From the NCBI GenBank assembly GCA_963724765.1, contig CAVRVY010000004.1:1179175-1243174 (forward strand): a DNA stretch of 64,000 bases. The letters are read 5' to 3'. This DNA is from an uncultured delta proteobacterium. GTDB lineage: Bacteria; Desulfobacterota; Binatia; Binatales; Binataceae. Numbering within the stretch: the first letter of the stretch is position 1; each line of letters opens with the position of its first letter. The notes beneath the pieces were generated by a model that saw nothing but the letters and a program-made list of their open reading frames with translations, searched no databases and was not told the origin of the DNA. A program made the position numbers and the translations under genes. Positions 28,060-37,094 of the stretch are shown here, one piece after another.

Positions 28060-29769
28060 TCAGGAGCGCGGGCGGCCATGATGGCCGCCGCTGTTGCGGC
28101 GCTCGGCGGGCGGCGCCTGCGAGCGCTCGGCGGCGGCCTGGATGTATTTCAGGGTGACCGGCGAAAGATCGTCACGGCCGACCTTGGCGTCGATGATCGC
28201 GAAACCGGCGCCGCGATGAGCGGCTTCAAGGGCGCTGCGCAGTTCGGCCGGGTTGTGCGCGTCGAAACCGGTTCCGCCCCAGTCCTCACCCAATCGCGCG
28301 TAGGGCCATGGCGGGATATCGAGCAGGTCGCGCCGCTCGCTCGCGACGGGCCGGAAGATGCCCCATCCACCGTTGTTGATTATGATCACGATCGGATTGG
28401 CGCCGAAGATCGGCGCGTGCGAGATTTCCGGGCCGGTCATCTGAAAGCCACCGTCGCCGCAGAGCACGATCGGACGCACGCCCGATCCCACTTGCGCACC
28501 CAGCGCGGCCGGCACCGCGAAACCCATCGAAGCGTAAAATCCCTGTGCCAGGTAGGTTCCGTTGTGCGGCACGCGTACGTCCAGTCCGCCGAACAGCATG
28601 TCGCCCGACTCGGCCACCACCATGTAGCGCTTATGCGCGGCGAGAAACTCGTTGACCACCGTAAGGATCTCGCCGACCCGCAGCGGCGCGCCGCCGCCGT
28701 TGGCGGCGCCCGCCGCTTCGCGCAGATTGTCGGCGTAATGCACGGTCTCGTCGTGATGCTGGATGCTCTGCTTGCGCAGTGCGCGCACGAAATCACGCAC
28801 CCCGACATTCATATAGGTGTGATACTTGACGTCGACGCGCCGGTCGACCGCCCACACCGACTTGCCTTCGATGATATGCGGCGGGCGATTGCCGAAGTTC
28901 ATGTCGGTCTTCAGGCAGCCGAGGTTCAGCACGAAATCCGCCTCGTCCATGCGGGCTACGATCGGCGGCGGGCTTATCGGCCCGACGTGCACGCCCATGT
29001 ACAACGGATGGTCCATCGGGAAGGCGCCCTTGCCGAGCACCGTGGTCATCACCGGCGCGCCCATCTGCTCGGCCAGCTCGACCAGCTCGCGCGCGGCTTT
29101 ATAGCGATGGATCTCGATGCCCGCGATCAGCACCGGCTTGCGGCTTTCGTTGAACATCGCGGCGGTCTCGCGCGCCGCCTCTTCAAGCCGGCGAGCGTCG
29201 GATTCGTGAAAGCGCAGATGGCCGTCCCATTCCAGCACTTCGTCGGGCACCTCGATCTCACGGTCGACCATGTCGCGATGGATCTCAATGTAGCCGGGGC
29301 GCTGCTCGGCCCAGATCGCGCGCACCACGTCGTGCAGTTGCATCGCGGCGCGGCGCGGGTCGGTCAACACGGCCGAGGCGCAAGTGACCTCCTGGTAGAT
29401 GCGATGCTGCGATTCTATTTCGCGCGCCTGATGGTGAATCAGGGTGCCCAGCTTGCGCTCCTCCTCGCCAGGGCCGCCTGACAGAATGAGCAGCGGTACG
29501 CGCTCGGAAAACGATCCCGCCACCGGGTTGACCGTGTTGTGGCCCCCAGCGCCATAGGTCACGCAGATCACGCCGATTTTGCCGGTGGCGCGCGCGTAGC
29601 CGTCGGCCGCGAAACCGACCCCCGGCTCGTGCGAAAAGGTCAGGATTTGTGGTCCTTCGCGCCTGCCCAGCGCAAAAAACAGCTTGAGGGCCAGATCGCC
29701 CGGAATACCGAAAACGTGGGTTACACTGATCTTCCGCAGGTAAGCGACCAGGAAGTCGCCCATCGACAT
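28060..29769 (-). CDS. thiamine-diphosphate-dependent alpha-keto acid decarboxylase family protein (IpdC/PDC-like)
   Basis: ORF 28060..30195; real start taken at MSMGDFLVAYL (29769). ..GIPGDLALKLF.., ..VTYGAGGHN.. and the TPP motif GDGGFQMTG...IIINNGGWG. The upstream 142 codons are low-complexity and overlap a convincing opposite-strand gene. Confidence 0.8.
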   Translation of the reverse strand: MSMGDFLVAYLRKISVTHVFGIPGDLALKLFFALGRREGPQILTFSHEPGVGFAADGYARATGKIGVICVTYGAGGHNTVNPVAGSFSERVPLLILSGGPGEEERKLGTLIHHQAREIESQHRIYQEVTCASAVLTDPRRAAMQLHDVVRAIWAEQRPGYIEIHRDMVDREIEVPDEVLEWDGHLRFHESDARRLEEAARETAAMFNESRKPVLIAGIEIHRYKAARELVELAEQMGAPVMTTVLGKGAFPMDHPLYMGVHVGPISPPPIVARMDEADFVLNLGCLKTDMNFGNRPPHIIEGKSVWAVDRRVDVKYHTYMNVGVRDFVRALRKQSIQHHDETVHYADNLREAAGAANGGGAPLRVGEILTVVNEFLAAHKRYMVVAESGDMLFGGLDVRVPHNGTYLAQGFYASMGFAVPAALGAQVGSGVRPIVLCGDGGFQMTGPEISHAPIFGANPIVIIINNGGWGIFRPVASERRDLLDIPPWPYARLGEDWGGTGFDAHNPAELRSALEAAHRGAGFAIIDAKVGRDDLSPVTLKYIQAAAERSQAPPAERRNSGGHHGRPRS

Positions 29770-29899
29770 ATGCCGTTTCAACCGCGAGCCCTCCTCTCCG
29801 TCCTGCGTGTCACTGTAGCAGATTGGCGCCCCGCGCTCCCGCCTAATCCGTCTGGCCTTGGGCCTGAGGCCAGGGTGGAGTATAAAAGGAGAGCAAGCC

Positions 29900-30214
29900 G
29901 TGTTTAGTCGAATTCTCAGGATGCAATTGATGGGCCCGCTGCAGATGCGCGGGCTAATAATGTTTTTGCCGCAGTTCGTCCGCGTGTTCTGGCGTCTGAT
30001 GCACGACGCGCGGGTCACCATGCTGGCCAAGGCGGTGCCGTTCCTAGGACTCCTGACCCTGATTTCACCGCCGCTGCTGGAACTCGACTTCATTCCAATT
30101 GTCGGCGAACTGGACTGGATCCTTGTCGGTTTCATCTGCCTCAAGATCTTCATCTGGATGTGCCCGCCCGACGTGGTGCGTGAGCACGTAAGCAACGTCG
30201 CGCGCGGCGCCTAG
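29900..30214 (+). CDS. DUF1232 (YkvA-like) small membrane protein
   Basis: GTG at 29900 preceded by AAAGGAG. ..ARVTMLAKAVPFLGLLTLISPPLLELDFIPIVGELDW.. matches the DUF1232 pattern (SP.D.IPD.IP..G..DD) loosely. Confidence 0.55.
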   Translation: MFSRILRMQLMGPLQMRGLIMFLPQFVRVFWRLMHDARVTMLAKAVPFLGLLTLISPPLLELDFIPIVGELDWILVGFICLKIFIWMCPPDVVREHVSNVARGA

Positions 30215-30235
30215 CGCTGGGGGGAGCCCATATAG

Positions 30236-33016
30236 ATGCGACCGCGGATTATCCTGTTCGGCCTTGCTGCGCTCATTATCGTCATCCTGATTGTCCTGGG
30301 GCTCGCCGATGAGCTGCTGGTCGATCTCTTATGGTTCGGCGTGCTCGGCTACCGCTCGGTCTTCCTGACTCAGCTCGGCGCTCAGGTCACGATCTTCGTG
30401 GCCGTGTGGTTCGTGGCCTTCGTCGCCATATGCGTCAGCGGCTTCGTCGCGTTGGGCCTGAGCCAGGAGCGCGAGCGGCTCCACATCGTGCGCCGCTCCG
30501 AGGAGATGACCGAGGTCAATCTACCCGAGCTGATTCGCGCTTTCGGCGACCGTATTCCCTGGCGGCTGCTGGTGGTCGCGGCCTCGGCCCTGCTCGGCCT
30601 CTTCGCGGCTTCGGGCGAGGCGTCGTCATGGGATACCTACTTGAAAGGGTTCTACGCGGTGCCTTTTGGCCACACGGATCCGGCTTTCGGCAAGAACCTC
30701 GCATTCTACATCTTCACCCTGCCGCTGCTGGAAGACTGGCGCGACCTTTTCATGCTGATCCTGTTCCTGACCGCCGTGGTGACGGGCGTCGTCTACTGGG
30801 CACGCGGGGCGCTGGATTTCCGTGACTCGCCCCCGCGTATCTCACGCGGCGCCGCTGCACATTTCTCTGTACTGCTCGCCGTCTTCTTCCTGCAGCGTGC
30901 GATGAACTACTGGCTGGCGCGCCCCGAACTGCTCCTGCATAGCAACGGAGTCGTCTACGGCCTGCGTTACGTCGATCACGTGCTATGGGAACCGGGCGTG
31001 TGGCTGCTGGTGGTGCTATCGTTGGTGGCCGCCGGAATCTGTCTGGCCAACCTGGGACAGCGCGGGCTCAGGCTGCCGGTATTCGCGGTGATCGTCCTGT
31101 TCGGCCCGGCGATCCTGCTCAACCTAATCCAGCCGGTAATCGAGAAACTGTACGTCAAGCCCGACGAGCTGCGGGTCGAGAAGCCGTACCTCGAGCGCAA
31201 CATCGCACTGACCCGCATGGCCTATCATCTCGATAGCGTCGACGTGCGGCAGTTCAACGGCAAGGGCACTCTCACGCGGGCCTCGCTCGAACAGGATGCG
31301 CCCACCGTCAACAATATCCGGCTGTGGGACCCGCGCCCGCTGCTCGCGACCTACCGCCAGCTCCAGGAAATCCGCCTCTACTACGATTTCCAGGACGTGG
31401 ACATCGACCGCTACTGGATCAATGGCAAGTATACGGAGGTGATGCTCTCGCCGCGCGAGCTCAATATCTCACTGCTGCCGGACAACGCTCAGACCTGGGT
31501 CAACCGCCATCTCAAGTTCACCCATGGCAGCGGCCTTACGATGAGCCCGGTCAATGCCAAGGACAGCGAAGGACTGCCGGTCTTTTATATCAAGAACATC
31601 CCGGCCGAATCCGACGTCGGGTTCAAGGTCCCGCAACCGGCTATCTACTTCGGCCAGGAGCCGGACAGCTATGCGATCGTCAAGGCAGCGACCCCGGAAT
31701 TTGACTATCCATTGGGGGCCGACAACGTCTACTCATATTACAAGGGCAAGGGCGGCGTACCGGTCAGCGGACTGATTCGCCGCTTGCTGTTCAGCTACTT
31801 CTACCGCGATATCAACCTGCTGGTGACCAGCAATATCCTCGAGGGCAGCCGCATCATGATTCGGCGCAACATAAGCGACCGCGTCGCGCGCCTAGCGCCA
31901 TTTCTGGGCCAGGACCGCGATCCTTACCTGGTGCTGCATGACGGCCATCTGGTTTGGATCCTCGACTGCTACACCACCAGCGATCATTTTCCCTATTCGC
32001 AGCGCAATACCGAGGGCATCAACTATATCCGCAACTCGGTCAAGGTGGTGGTAGACGCTTACAACGGCACCACGGATTTCTATGTCGCCGACCCCGCCGA
32101 TCCGATCATCCGGACCTGGCAGCGGATTTTCCCCGCGATGTTCAAGCCGATGTCGGCCATGTCCGACGATTTGCGCCAGCACATCCGTTATCCCGAAGAC
32201 TATTTCCTGATTCAGGCCGACATCTATCGGACCTATCATATGATCGACCCGGCCGTGTTCTACAACCGCGAAGACCAGTGGGGTTTCCCGCGCGAGAACT
32301 ACGCCGACGAGACCGTGCCGATGCAGCCCTACTACGTAGTCATGCGGCTCCCCGGCGAGACCCACGACGAATACATACTGATGCTGCCGATGGTGCCGGA
32401 GAGCCGCGGCACGGTGCGTGACAATATGATTTCGTGGCTGGCCGCGCGCTGCGACGGCACTGATTATGGCCATCTGTTCGAGTTCGCCTTCTCCAAGGAT
32501 CGCCTGTTCTACGGCCCTTACCAGATCCAGGCGCGCATCAACCAGAATCCTGACATTTCGCAACAGTATTCGCTGTGGAACCAGATGGGCTCCAAGGTAA
32601 TCCTGGGCAACCTGCTGGTCTTCCCGATCGAGAACGCGTTGCTGTACGTCGAACCGCTGTACATCCGCGCGCAAACCGGCCAGCTTCCCGAGTTGCAGCG
32701 CGTTATCGCCGCCTACAGCGACCGTATCGTGATGGGCAACAACCTCGGAAGCGCGCTGAACGCCCTTTTCACCGCGCCGGCCGAAACCCCGCCGCCAACC
32801 ATCTCTTCCGCCGCGGCGCAGGCGGTGACGACGGCGATGGCGTCCGGCGGCGCTAAGAAGCCGCCGCCAGCCGTCAAGGGTGACCTCACGGGGGCCAGCA
32901 TGCATTACAACCGCGCCTTGGCCGCACTCAAGACCGGCGACTGGGCCGAGTTCGGCATCGAGATGCAGCAACTCGGCGTGCAACTCGGCCAACCGGCCGA
33001 GAAAGCCCAGCATTAG
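30236..33016 (+). CDS. UPF0182 family large membrane protein
   Basis: 926 aa. N-terminal multi-span region with ..LLVDLLWFGVLGY.. and a large soluble C-terminal part (..FDYP.., ..YY.G.GGV..) typical of UPF0182/COG1615. Confidence 0.75.
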   Translation: MRPRIILFGLAALIIVILIVLGLADELLVDLLWFGVLGYRSVFLTQLGAQVTIFVAVWFVAFVAICVSGFVALGLSQERERLHIVRRSEEMTEVNLPELIRAFGDRIPWRLLVVAASALLGLFAASGEASSWDTYLKGFYAVPFGHTDPAFGKNLAFYIFTLPLLEDWRDLFMLILFLTAVVTGVVYWARGALDFRDSPPRISRGAAAHFSVLLAVFFLQRAMNYWLARPELLLHSNGVVYGLRYVDHVLWEPGVWLLVVLSLVAAGICLANLGQRGLRLPVFAVIVLFGPAILLNLIQPVIEKLYVKPDELRVEKPYLERNIALTRMAYHLDSVDVRQFNGKGTLTRASLEQDAPTVNNIRLWDPRPLLATYRQLQEIRLYYDFQDVDIDRYWINGKYTEVMLSPRELNISLLPDNAQTWVNRHLKFTHGSGLTMSPVNAKDSEGLPVFYIKNIPAESDVGFKVPQPAIYFGQEPDSYAIVKAATPEFDYPLGADNVYSYYKGKGGVPVSGLIRRLLFSYFYRDINLLVTSNILEGSRIMIRRNISDRVARLAPFLGQDRDPYLVLHDGHLVWILDCYTTSDHFPYSQRNTEGINYIRNSVKVVVDAYNGTTDFYVADPADPIIRTWQRIFPAMFKPMSAMSDDLRQHIRYPEDYFLIQADIYRTYHMIDPAVFYNREDQWGFPRENYADETVPMQPYYVVMRLPGETHDEYILMLPMVPESRGTVRDNMISWLAARCDGTDYGHLFEFAFSKDRLFYGPYQIQARINQNPDISQQYSLWNQMGSKVILGNLLVFPIENALLYVEPLYIRAQTGQLPELQRVIAAYSDRIVMGNNLGSALNALFTAPAETPPPTISSAAAQAVTTAMASGGAKKPPPAVKGDLTGASMHYNRALAALKTGDWAEFGIEMQQLGVQLGQPAEKAQH

Positions 33017-33053
33017 TCAGTCGGCATGTACTAGCATGCATTAGTCAGTCGGC
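33010..33053. promoter_or_regulatory. two exact copies of GCATTAGTCAGTCGGC (33010-33025, 33038-33053) separated by 12 nt
   Basis: Read directly from the sequence. The first copy includes the UPF0182 stop codon. The second ends 8 nt before the first possible start of the histidine kinase. Confidence 0.45.
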
Positions 33054-33061
33054 GCGACAGC

Positions 33062-34720
33062 GTGCCGCAGGGGGGAGCGAGGGTGACCGACCGATCTGTG
33101 CTCAGCCGCGCTGAGTCTGGCGCCATGGCATACGCGGCGCCGGCCGACTCACTCGCCGGCCGGATGAATACTCTCGCCGCGCTCGCGGCGGCCGCGGCCA
33201 GCGGCGGAGCCTGCCTCATCTCATGGCAGCGCGCAACCGATACCGGCGCCGCCTATGCACCCGCCGACCCCGGATGGGAGCCGGCGCTGTGGGCGATTCT
33301 CGGGATGCTCGCGCGTCAGGGCGGCGCGGATGGACCTGGCGGCGACGCGACGCTCAAGATGAGCGCCGCGGAAGTCGCGCTCCGATGCGGCCGGGCGCTT
33401 CCCGTGCAAACCCGCCTCGAAGCGTACGGCGTATCGTCGTCGGCCTTGCCTACCGCCCACGCCAGTATCGTGATGCTGGTGCCGCAGGGCGTGCTGCCCT
33501 CTCAGAGCGAGGCCCTGCTGAACCTCGTCCGACGCCAGGCGCTGGCTGAAATCGAGCTCAGTGAAGAAGCTGCCTCGCTATGGTTCTGGCGCGATCGGGC
33601 CGCGACCGCGACCGAGCGGCTTGCCGCCGAGCGCGCGGCGGCGCGGCGCGAGCGCGGCGATAGCGGCCGCGTCGAGCGTGCGATCGCCGCCGCGTTCAAG
33701 TTCGCGCCGCGCGAGCGCTGGGCCGGCCTGGGGCGGCTCTTCGCGGCAACCGGACCGTTTGCCGCCTGGATTGTGGCGGTGGCCGAAGGCGGCGCCGCCG
33801 TGCCTCGCGTCGCCGCCGCCTCGGCGCGTTCGCTGAGCGCCACGCTCCGCCTTGACGGGAAAAGCGCGCTCGCCGACGCGATGCGCCGGCGCGTCACCAT
33901 CGTGCGCAGCGCCGCGGCGCCGCGCGGCGGCGTCCTCCACGAGGATGGCGCGTTCAAGAGCTTTGCCGATTATCTTTGCGTTCCGTTCGAGGGCGGCGCG
34001 ATCGCACTCGCCAGCGCCAAGCCGCTGGAGGCCGCGGCGCGCGAGCGCGCCGAGACGCTGGCCGCGCGGCTTGGCCCAGTGAGCGCAGGATGGGCCGCGG
34101 CCGAGCACGCGGCGCGGCTCCAGGAGCTGGTGCGCGCGCTGGGCGTGCGGCTGTTCGGCGCGGTCGAGGCAGAGCGCGCGCGCATCGCGCGCGATCTGCA
34201 TGACGACCAGGCCCAGCTTCTCGCCGCCGCGCGCCTCGCACTTGAGGGCGGAGGCAACGAAGCGCGCGCCATCTTCGAGCGGCTCGAGGCGGAACTGCGC
34301 GTGCGGCTGCGCGAGCTGCGTCCGGCGGAGCTGGGCAAGCGCGCGCTGGGCGCGGCGCTGCGGGCCGAGCTCGACCGTCTCGCCGCGGGCGGGATGGATA
34401 CGCAGCTCAAGGGCACCGCAGCCGCCAATCGCCTTCCCGATAGCGTACGCCAGGTCTGCTACCAGGTCGCGCGCGAAGCGCTGGCCAATATCGTCCGTCA
34501 CGCCCGCGCCACTCGTGCCGAGATTCTTATCGAGCGCGACGCCGGCCTCGCGCGCCTCACGGTCAGCGACAACGGCCGCGGAATCGAGCCCGGCGCGCGC
34601 GCGGCGGGCGGGATGGGGCTGGGCGGGCTCGCCGAGCGGCTGGAGCTTCTGGGCGGCGCGATGCGGGTCGAGTCGAGCCGCGGGATGGCCAGGCTGGTGG
34701 CCGAGATTCCATTGGAGTAG
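33062..34720 (+). CDS. soluble sensor histidine kinase (HisKA_3 + HATPase_c, NarX/DegS type) with Ala-rich N-terminal sensor region
   Basis: ..ERARIARDLHDDQAQLL.. H-box. ..NIVRHA.. N-box. ..DNGRGI.. and ..GMGLGGLAERLELLGG.. G-boxes. No clear transmembrane helices. True start uncertain (GTG 33062, or a downstream ATG). Confidence 0.8.
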   Translation: MPQGGARVTDRSVLSRAESGAMAYAAPADSLAGRMNTLAALAAAAASGGACLISWQRATDTGAAYAPADPGWEPALWAILGMLARQGGADGPGGDATLKMSAAEVALRCGRALPVQTRLEAYGVSSSALPTAHASIVMLVPQGVLPSQSEALLNLVRRQALAEIELSEEAASLWFWRDRAATATERLAAERAAARRERGDSGRVERAIAAAFKFAPRERWAGLGRLFAATGPFAAWIVAVAEGGAAVPRVAAASARSLSATLRLDGKSALADAMRRRVTIVRSAAAPRGGVLHEDGAFKSFADYLCVPFEGGAIALASAKPLEAAARERAETLAARLGPVSAGWAAAEHAARLQELVRALGVRLFGAVEAERARIARDLHDDQAQLLAAARLALEGGGNEARAIFERLEAELRVRLRELRPAELGKRALGAALRAELDRLAAGGMDTQLKGTAAANRLPDSVRQVCYQVAREALANIVRHARATRAEILIERDAGLARLTVSDNGRGIEPGARAAGGMGLGGLAERLELLGGAMRVESSRGMARLVAEIPLE

Positions 34721-34725
34721 CGGAC

Positions 34726-35400
34726 GTGGCGATGGGCAGCGAGCGCATCAGCGTCCTCATCGCCGACGATCATCGCATGTTTCGCGAGGCGTTGCGCTCC
34801 GTGCTCGAGCGCGAGTGCGATGTCGTCGGTGAAGCGGCGAGCGGCGAGGAAGCGGTGGCGCTGGCCGCGCGCTCGCGCCCCGACATCGTGCTGCTGGACG
34901 TTGGGATGCCCGGAGTGGGCGGCCTCAACGCGGCGCATCGTCTGGCCAAGGAAGCGCCGTCCTCCAAGGTCGTGATCCTGAGCCAGCATGACGATGAGGA
35001 GTACGTGATCGAGGCGATGGTCGACGCCGGCGCGGCCGGCTACCTGGTCAAGACCGACGCCGCCGCCGAGTTGCTGAGCGCTTTGCGCGCGGTGGCCATG
35101 GGCAAGCACTACCTGAGCGCCGCGGTCGCACCGGCTGTGCTCGCGCGGCTCAAGAATACTCGCGGAGCGTCCGGCGGCGGCGCGGCGCCGGCAGCGGTAG
35201 TAAAACTCACGCGGCGCGAGCGCGAAGTGCTGAGCCTCATCGGCGAGGGGGCGACCAGCAAAGACATCGCCGCGCGCCTCGGTATCAGCCCCAAGACCGC
35301 CCAGGTCCATCGCGACAACCTCAAGCAGAAGCTCAAGGCGAAATCGACGGCCGCGATGGTGCGTTACGCGATCAAGCACAAGTTGATCCGCGCCGAGTAA
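34726..35400 (+). CDS. NarL/FixJ-family response regulator (receiver + LuxR HTH)
   Basis: ISVLIADDHRMFREAL...DIVLLDVGMPG... receiver. C-terminal LTRREREVLSLIGEGATSKDIAARLGISPKTAQVHRDNL LuxR-type HTH. Confidence 0.9.
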   Translation: MAMGSERISVLIADDHRMFREALRSVLERECDVVGEAASGEEAVALAARSRPDIVLLDVGMPGVGGLNAAHRLAKEAPSSKVVILSQHDDEEYVIEAMVDAGAAGYLVKTDAAAELLSALRAVAMGKHYLSAAVAPAVLARLKNTRGASGGGAAPAAVVKLTRREREVLSLIGEGATSKDIAARLGISPKTAQVHRDNLKQKLKAKSTAAMVRYAIKHKLIRAE

Positions 35401-35485
35401 GACTCCGCCGGTTCGATTTCGCCGCGCGCTCCGTGATAATTGGAAGGTGGCCGCGAGCCCGCGGCTAAAGGAGCTAGCTACTGCG

Positions 35486-36166
35486 ATGGCGGAAATTGGA
35501 CTGTTCGAGGCGATGTATTCGGCGCGGGCGCTCAGGCGCTTCAAGCCTGAGCCGGTGCCCGACGAAATTATAACCAGGATACTCGACGCGGCGATTCGCG
35601 CGCCGTCGGGCAGCAACGCGCAGACCTGGCTGTTCGTCGTAGTCAAGGACGCGGAGAAGCGCCGCCAGCTTGGTGCGATCTATAACAAGGCGTCGCGGAT
35701 CATAACCAAGCTCTACGCCGAGCGGCCGCGCGCCAGCCATTTCAGCGACGAACAGTACCGCCGCTTTATGAGCTCGGTGACCTATCTGTTCGACAACATG
35801 CACGAGGCGCCGGTGCTGCTGCTCGCCTGCCTCAAGTCGGCGCCGGCTGGCGCGGCGCCAAGCGCGCTCAGCCCCGAGGTCCAAAGCGCGATGACGAAAG
35901 CGGTCGGCACCCAAGGCGCGAGCATCTATCCCGCCGTGCAGAACATCATCCTGGCATGCCGCGCCCTCGGTTTGGGCACCGTGCTGACCACGATCCATGC
36001 CTTCTTCGAGGAGGAGGTCAAAGCGATCGTCGGACTGCCACCCGAGGTGGCGACTTTCGCGCTGATGCCGATCGGCTATCCGCGTGACAAGTTTGGACCC
36101 GTCCGCCGACTGCCGGTAAACGAGGTTACCTGCCTCGACAATTACGGAAAGCCCTGGCCCGGCTAG
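35486..36166 (+). CDS. nitroreductase family protein
   Basis: ATG at 35486 preceded by AAAGGAG. ..RRFKPEPVPDEIITRILDAAIRAPSGSNAQTW.. motif. Confidence 0.8.
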   Translation: MAEIGLFEAMYSARALRRFKPEPVPDEIITRILDAAIRAPSGSNAQTWLFVVVKDAEKRRQLGAIYNKASRIITKLYAERPRASHFSDEQYRRFMSSVTYLFDNMHEAPVLLLACLKSAPAGAAPSALSPEVQSAMTKAVGTQGASIYPAVQNIILACRALGLGTVLTTIHAFFEEEVKAIVGLPPEVATFALMPIGYPRDKFGPVRRLPVNEVTCLDNYGKPWPG

Positions 36167-36205
36167 CCGCGGGACGGCATACCGGGGCTTGAGGCGGGCG
36201 CCGCG

Positions 36206-36904
36206 ATGATCCCGCTGCGCGACAATGTCGCCCGCCATCGGCTGAGCCCTGTCAACACGCTGCTCATCGCGGCCAACGTCGCGGTGTTCATGTACGAGGT
36301 TTCGCTGGGCCACCATCTGGATGCGTTCGTCACGCGCTACGCGATGGTGCCCGGGCTGCTTGCCCGCGCGCGTCTGGACGGCGCCGTGCTTCTGAACGCT
36401 CGTGGCCGCCTGTGGCCGCCGTTTACGGTCATCACTTCGATGTTCGTCCATGGCGGCCTGGGCCACGTCGCCGGCAACATGCTCTACCTCTTCATCTTTG
36501 GCCCCGCGGTCGAGGAGCGGACCGGTCCGGCGCATTACTTGTCGTTCTACCTATTGAGCGGTATCGCCTCGGCCACTGCGACGGTGGTGATGGCGCCGCA
36601 ATCGATGGTGCCGGTGATCGGCGCGAGCGGCGCGATCGCCGGCGTTCTCGGCGCCTACTTCATCCTCTATCCGCGCGGCAGCATCCTGACCTTCTTCCCG
36701 CCGTTCTTTTTCCGTCTTCCGGCGGTGCTCTACCTGATTGTTTGGTTCGCCGCGCAATTGTTCTCAGGAATAGCCAGCGGAGCGGCGGGCTCATTGATGG
36801 GCGGGGTGGCCTGGTGGGCGCACGTCGGCGGTTTTTTGTTCGGCGTGGCCGTGGGACCGATCGTGGTGCGCGAGCCGGAGCGCCGGCGCGTCGCGCGGCG
36901 CTGA
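36206..36904 (+). CDS. rhomboid family intramembrane serine protease
   Basis: ..HGGLGHVAGNMLYLFIFG.., catalytic GASGAIAGVLGAYF and AHVGGFLFG (His). Confidence 0.85.
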   Translation: MIPLRDNVARHRLSPVNTLLIAANVAVFMYEVSLGHHLDAFVTRYAMVPGLLARARLDGAVLLNARGRLWPPFTVITSMFVHGGLGHVAGNMLYLFIFGPAVEERTGPAHYLSFYLLSGIASATATVVMAPQSMVPVIGASGAIAGVLGAYFILYPRGSILTFFPPFFFRLPAVLYLIVWFAAQLFSGIASGAAGSLMGGVAWWAHVGGFLFGVAVGPIVVREPERRRVARR

Positions 36905-36929
36905 TTTTTCCGCGTCTCCATCATTCATC

Positions 36930-36973
36930 TCCGCCGACAGCGGACTGCACTTCCGCCGACGGCGGTCCGCACT
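36930..36973. repeat. tandem 22-nt repeat TCCGCCGACAGCGGACTGCACT / TCCGCCGACGGCGGTCCGCACT (19/22 identical)
   Basis: Read directly from the sequence and verified against the codon positions of ORF 36412..36978. Each unit contains a short CCGCC-GAC-GGCGG-like palindrome. Lies between the rhomboid gene and dnaB. Confidence 0.6.
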
Positions 36974-37094
36974 GTTGATAGTGTTCACAGTCCTTCGGCA
37001 TTTGCGCGGATTTGCACGCCGCCTACTTGTTCGCCGCCGTCCCATTCCTGATACTTGATTTCTTGGTCACGCGGCGCGGTTTGAGCGGGAGGGG

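Noticed and set aside
29770-30195. 142-codon N-terminal extension of the TPP decarboxylase ORF (711-aa version)
   Set aside because: The extension is low-complexity and Ser/Arg-rich. It overlaps the opposite-strand DUF1232 gene, which has a good AAAGGAG ribosome-binding site. The TPP-enzyme homology begins at MSMGDFLVAYL.
33578-35646. Two long minus-strand ORFs (33578..34501 and 34498..35646)
   Set aside because: They are antisense to the histidine kinase and response regulator genes in extremely GC-rich sequence. No motifs were seen.
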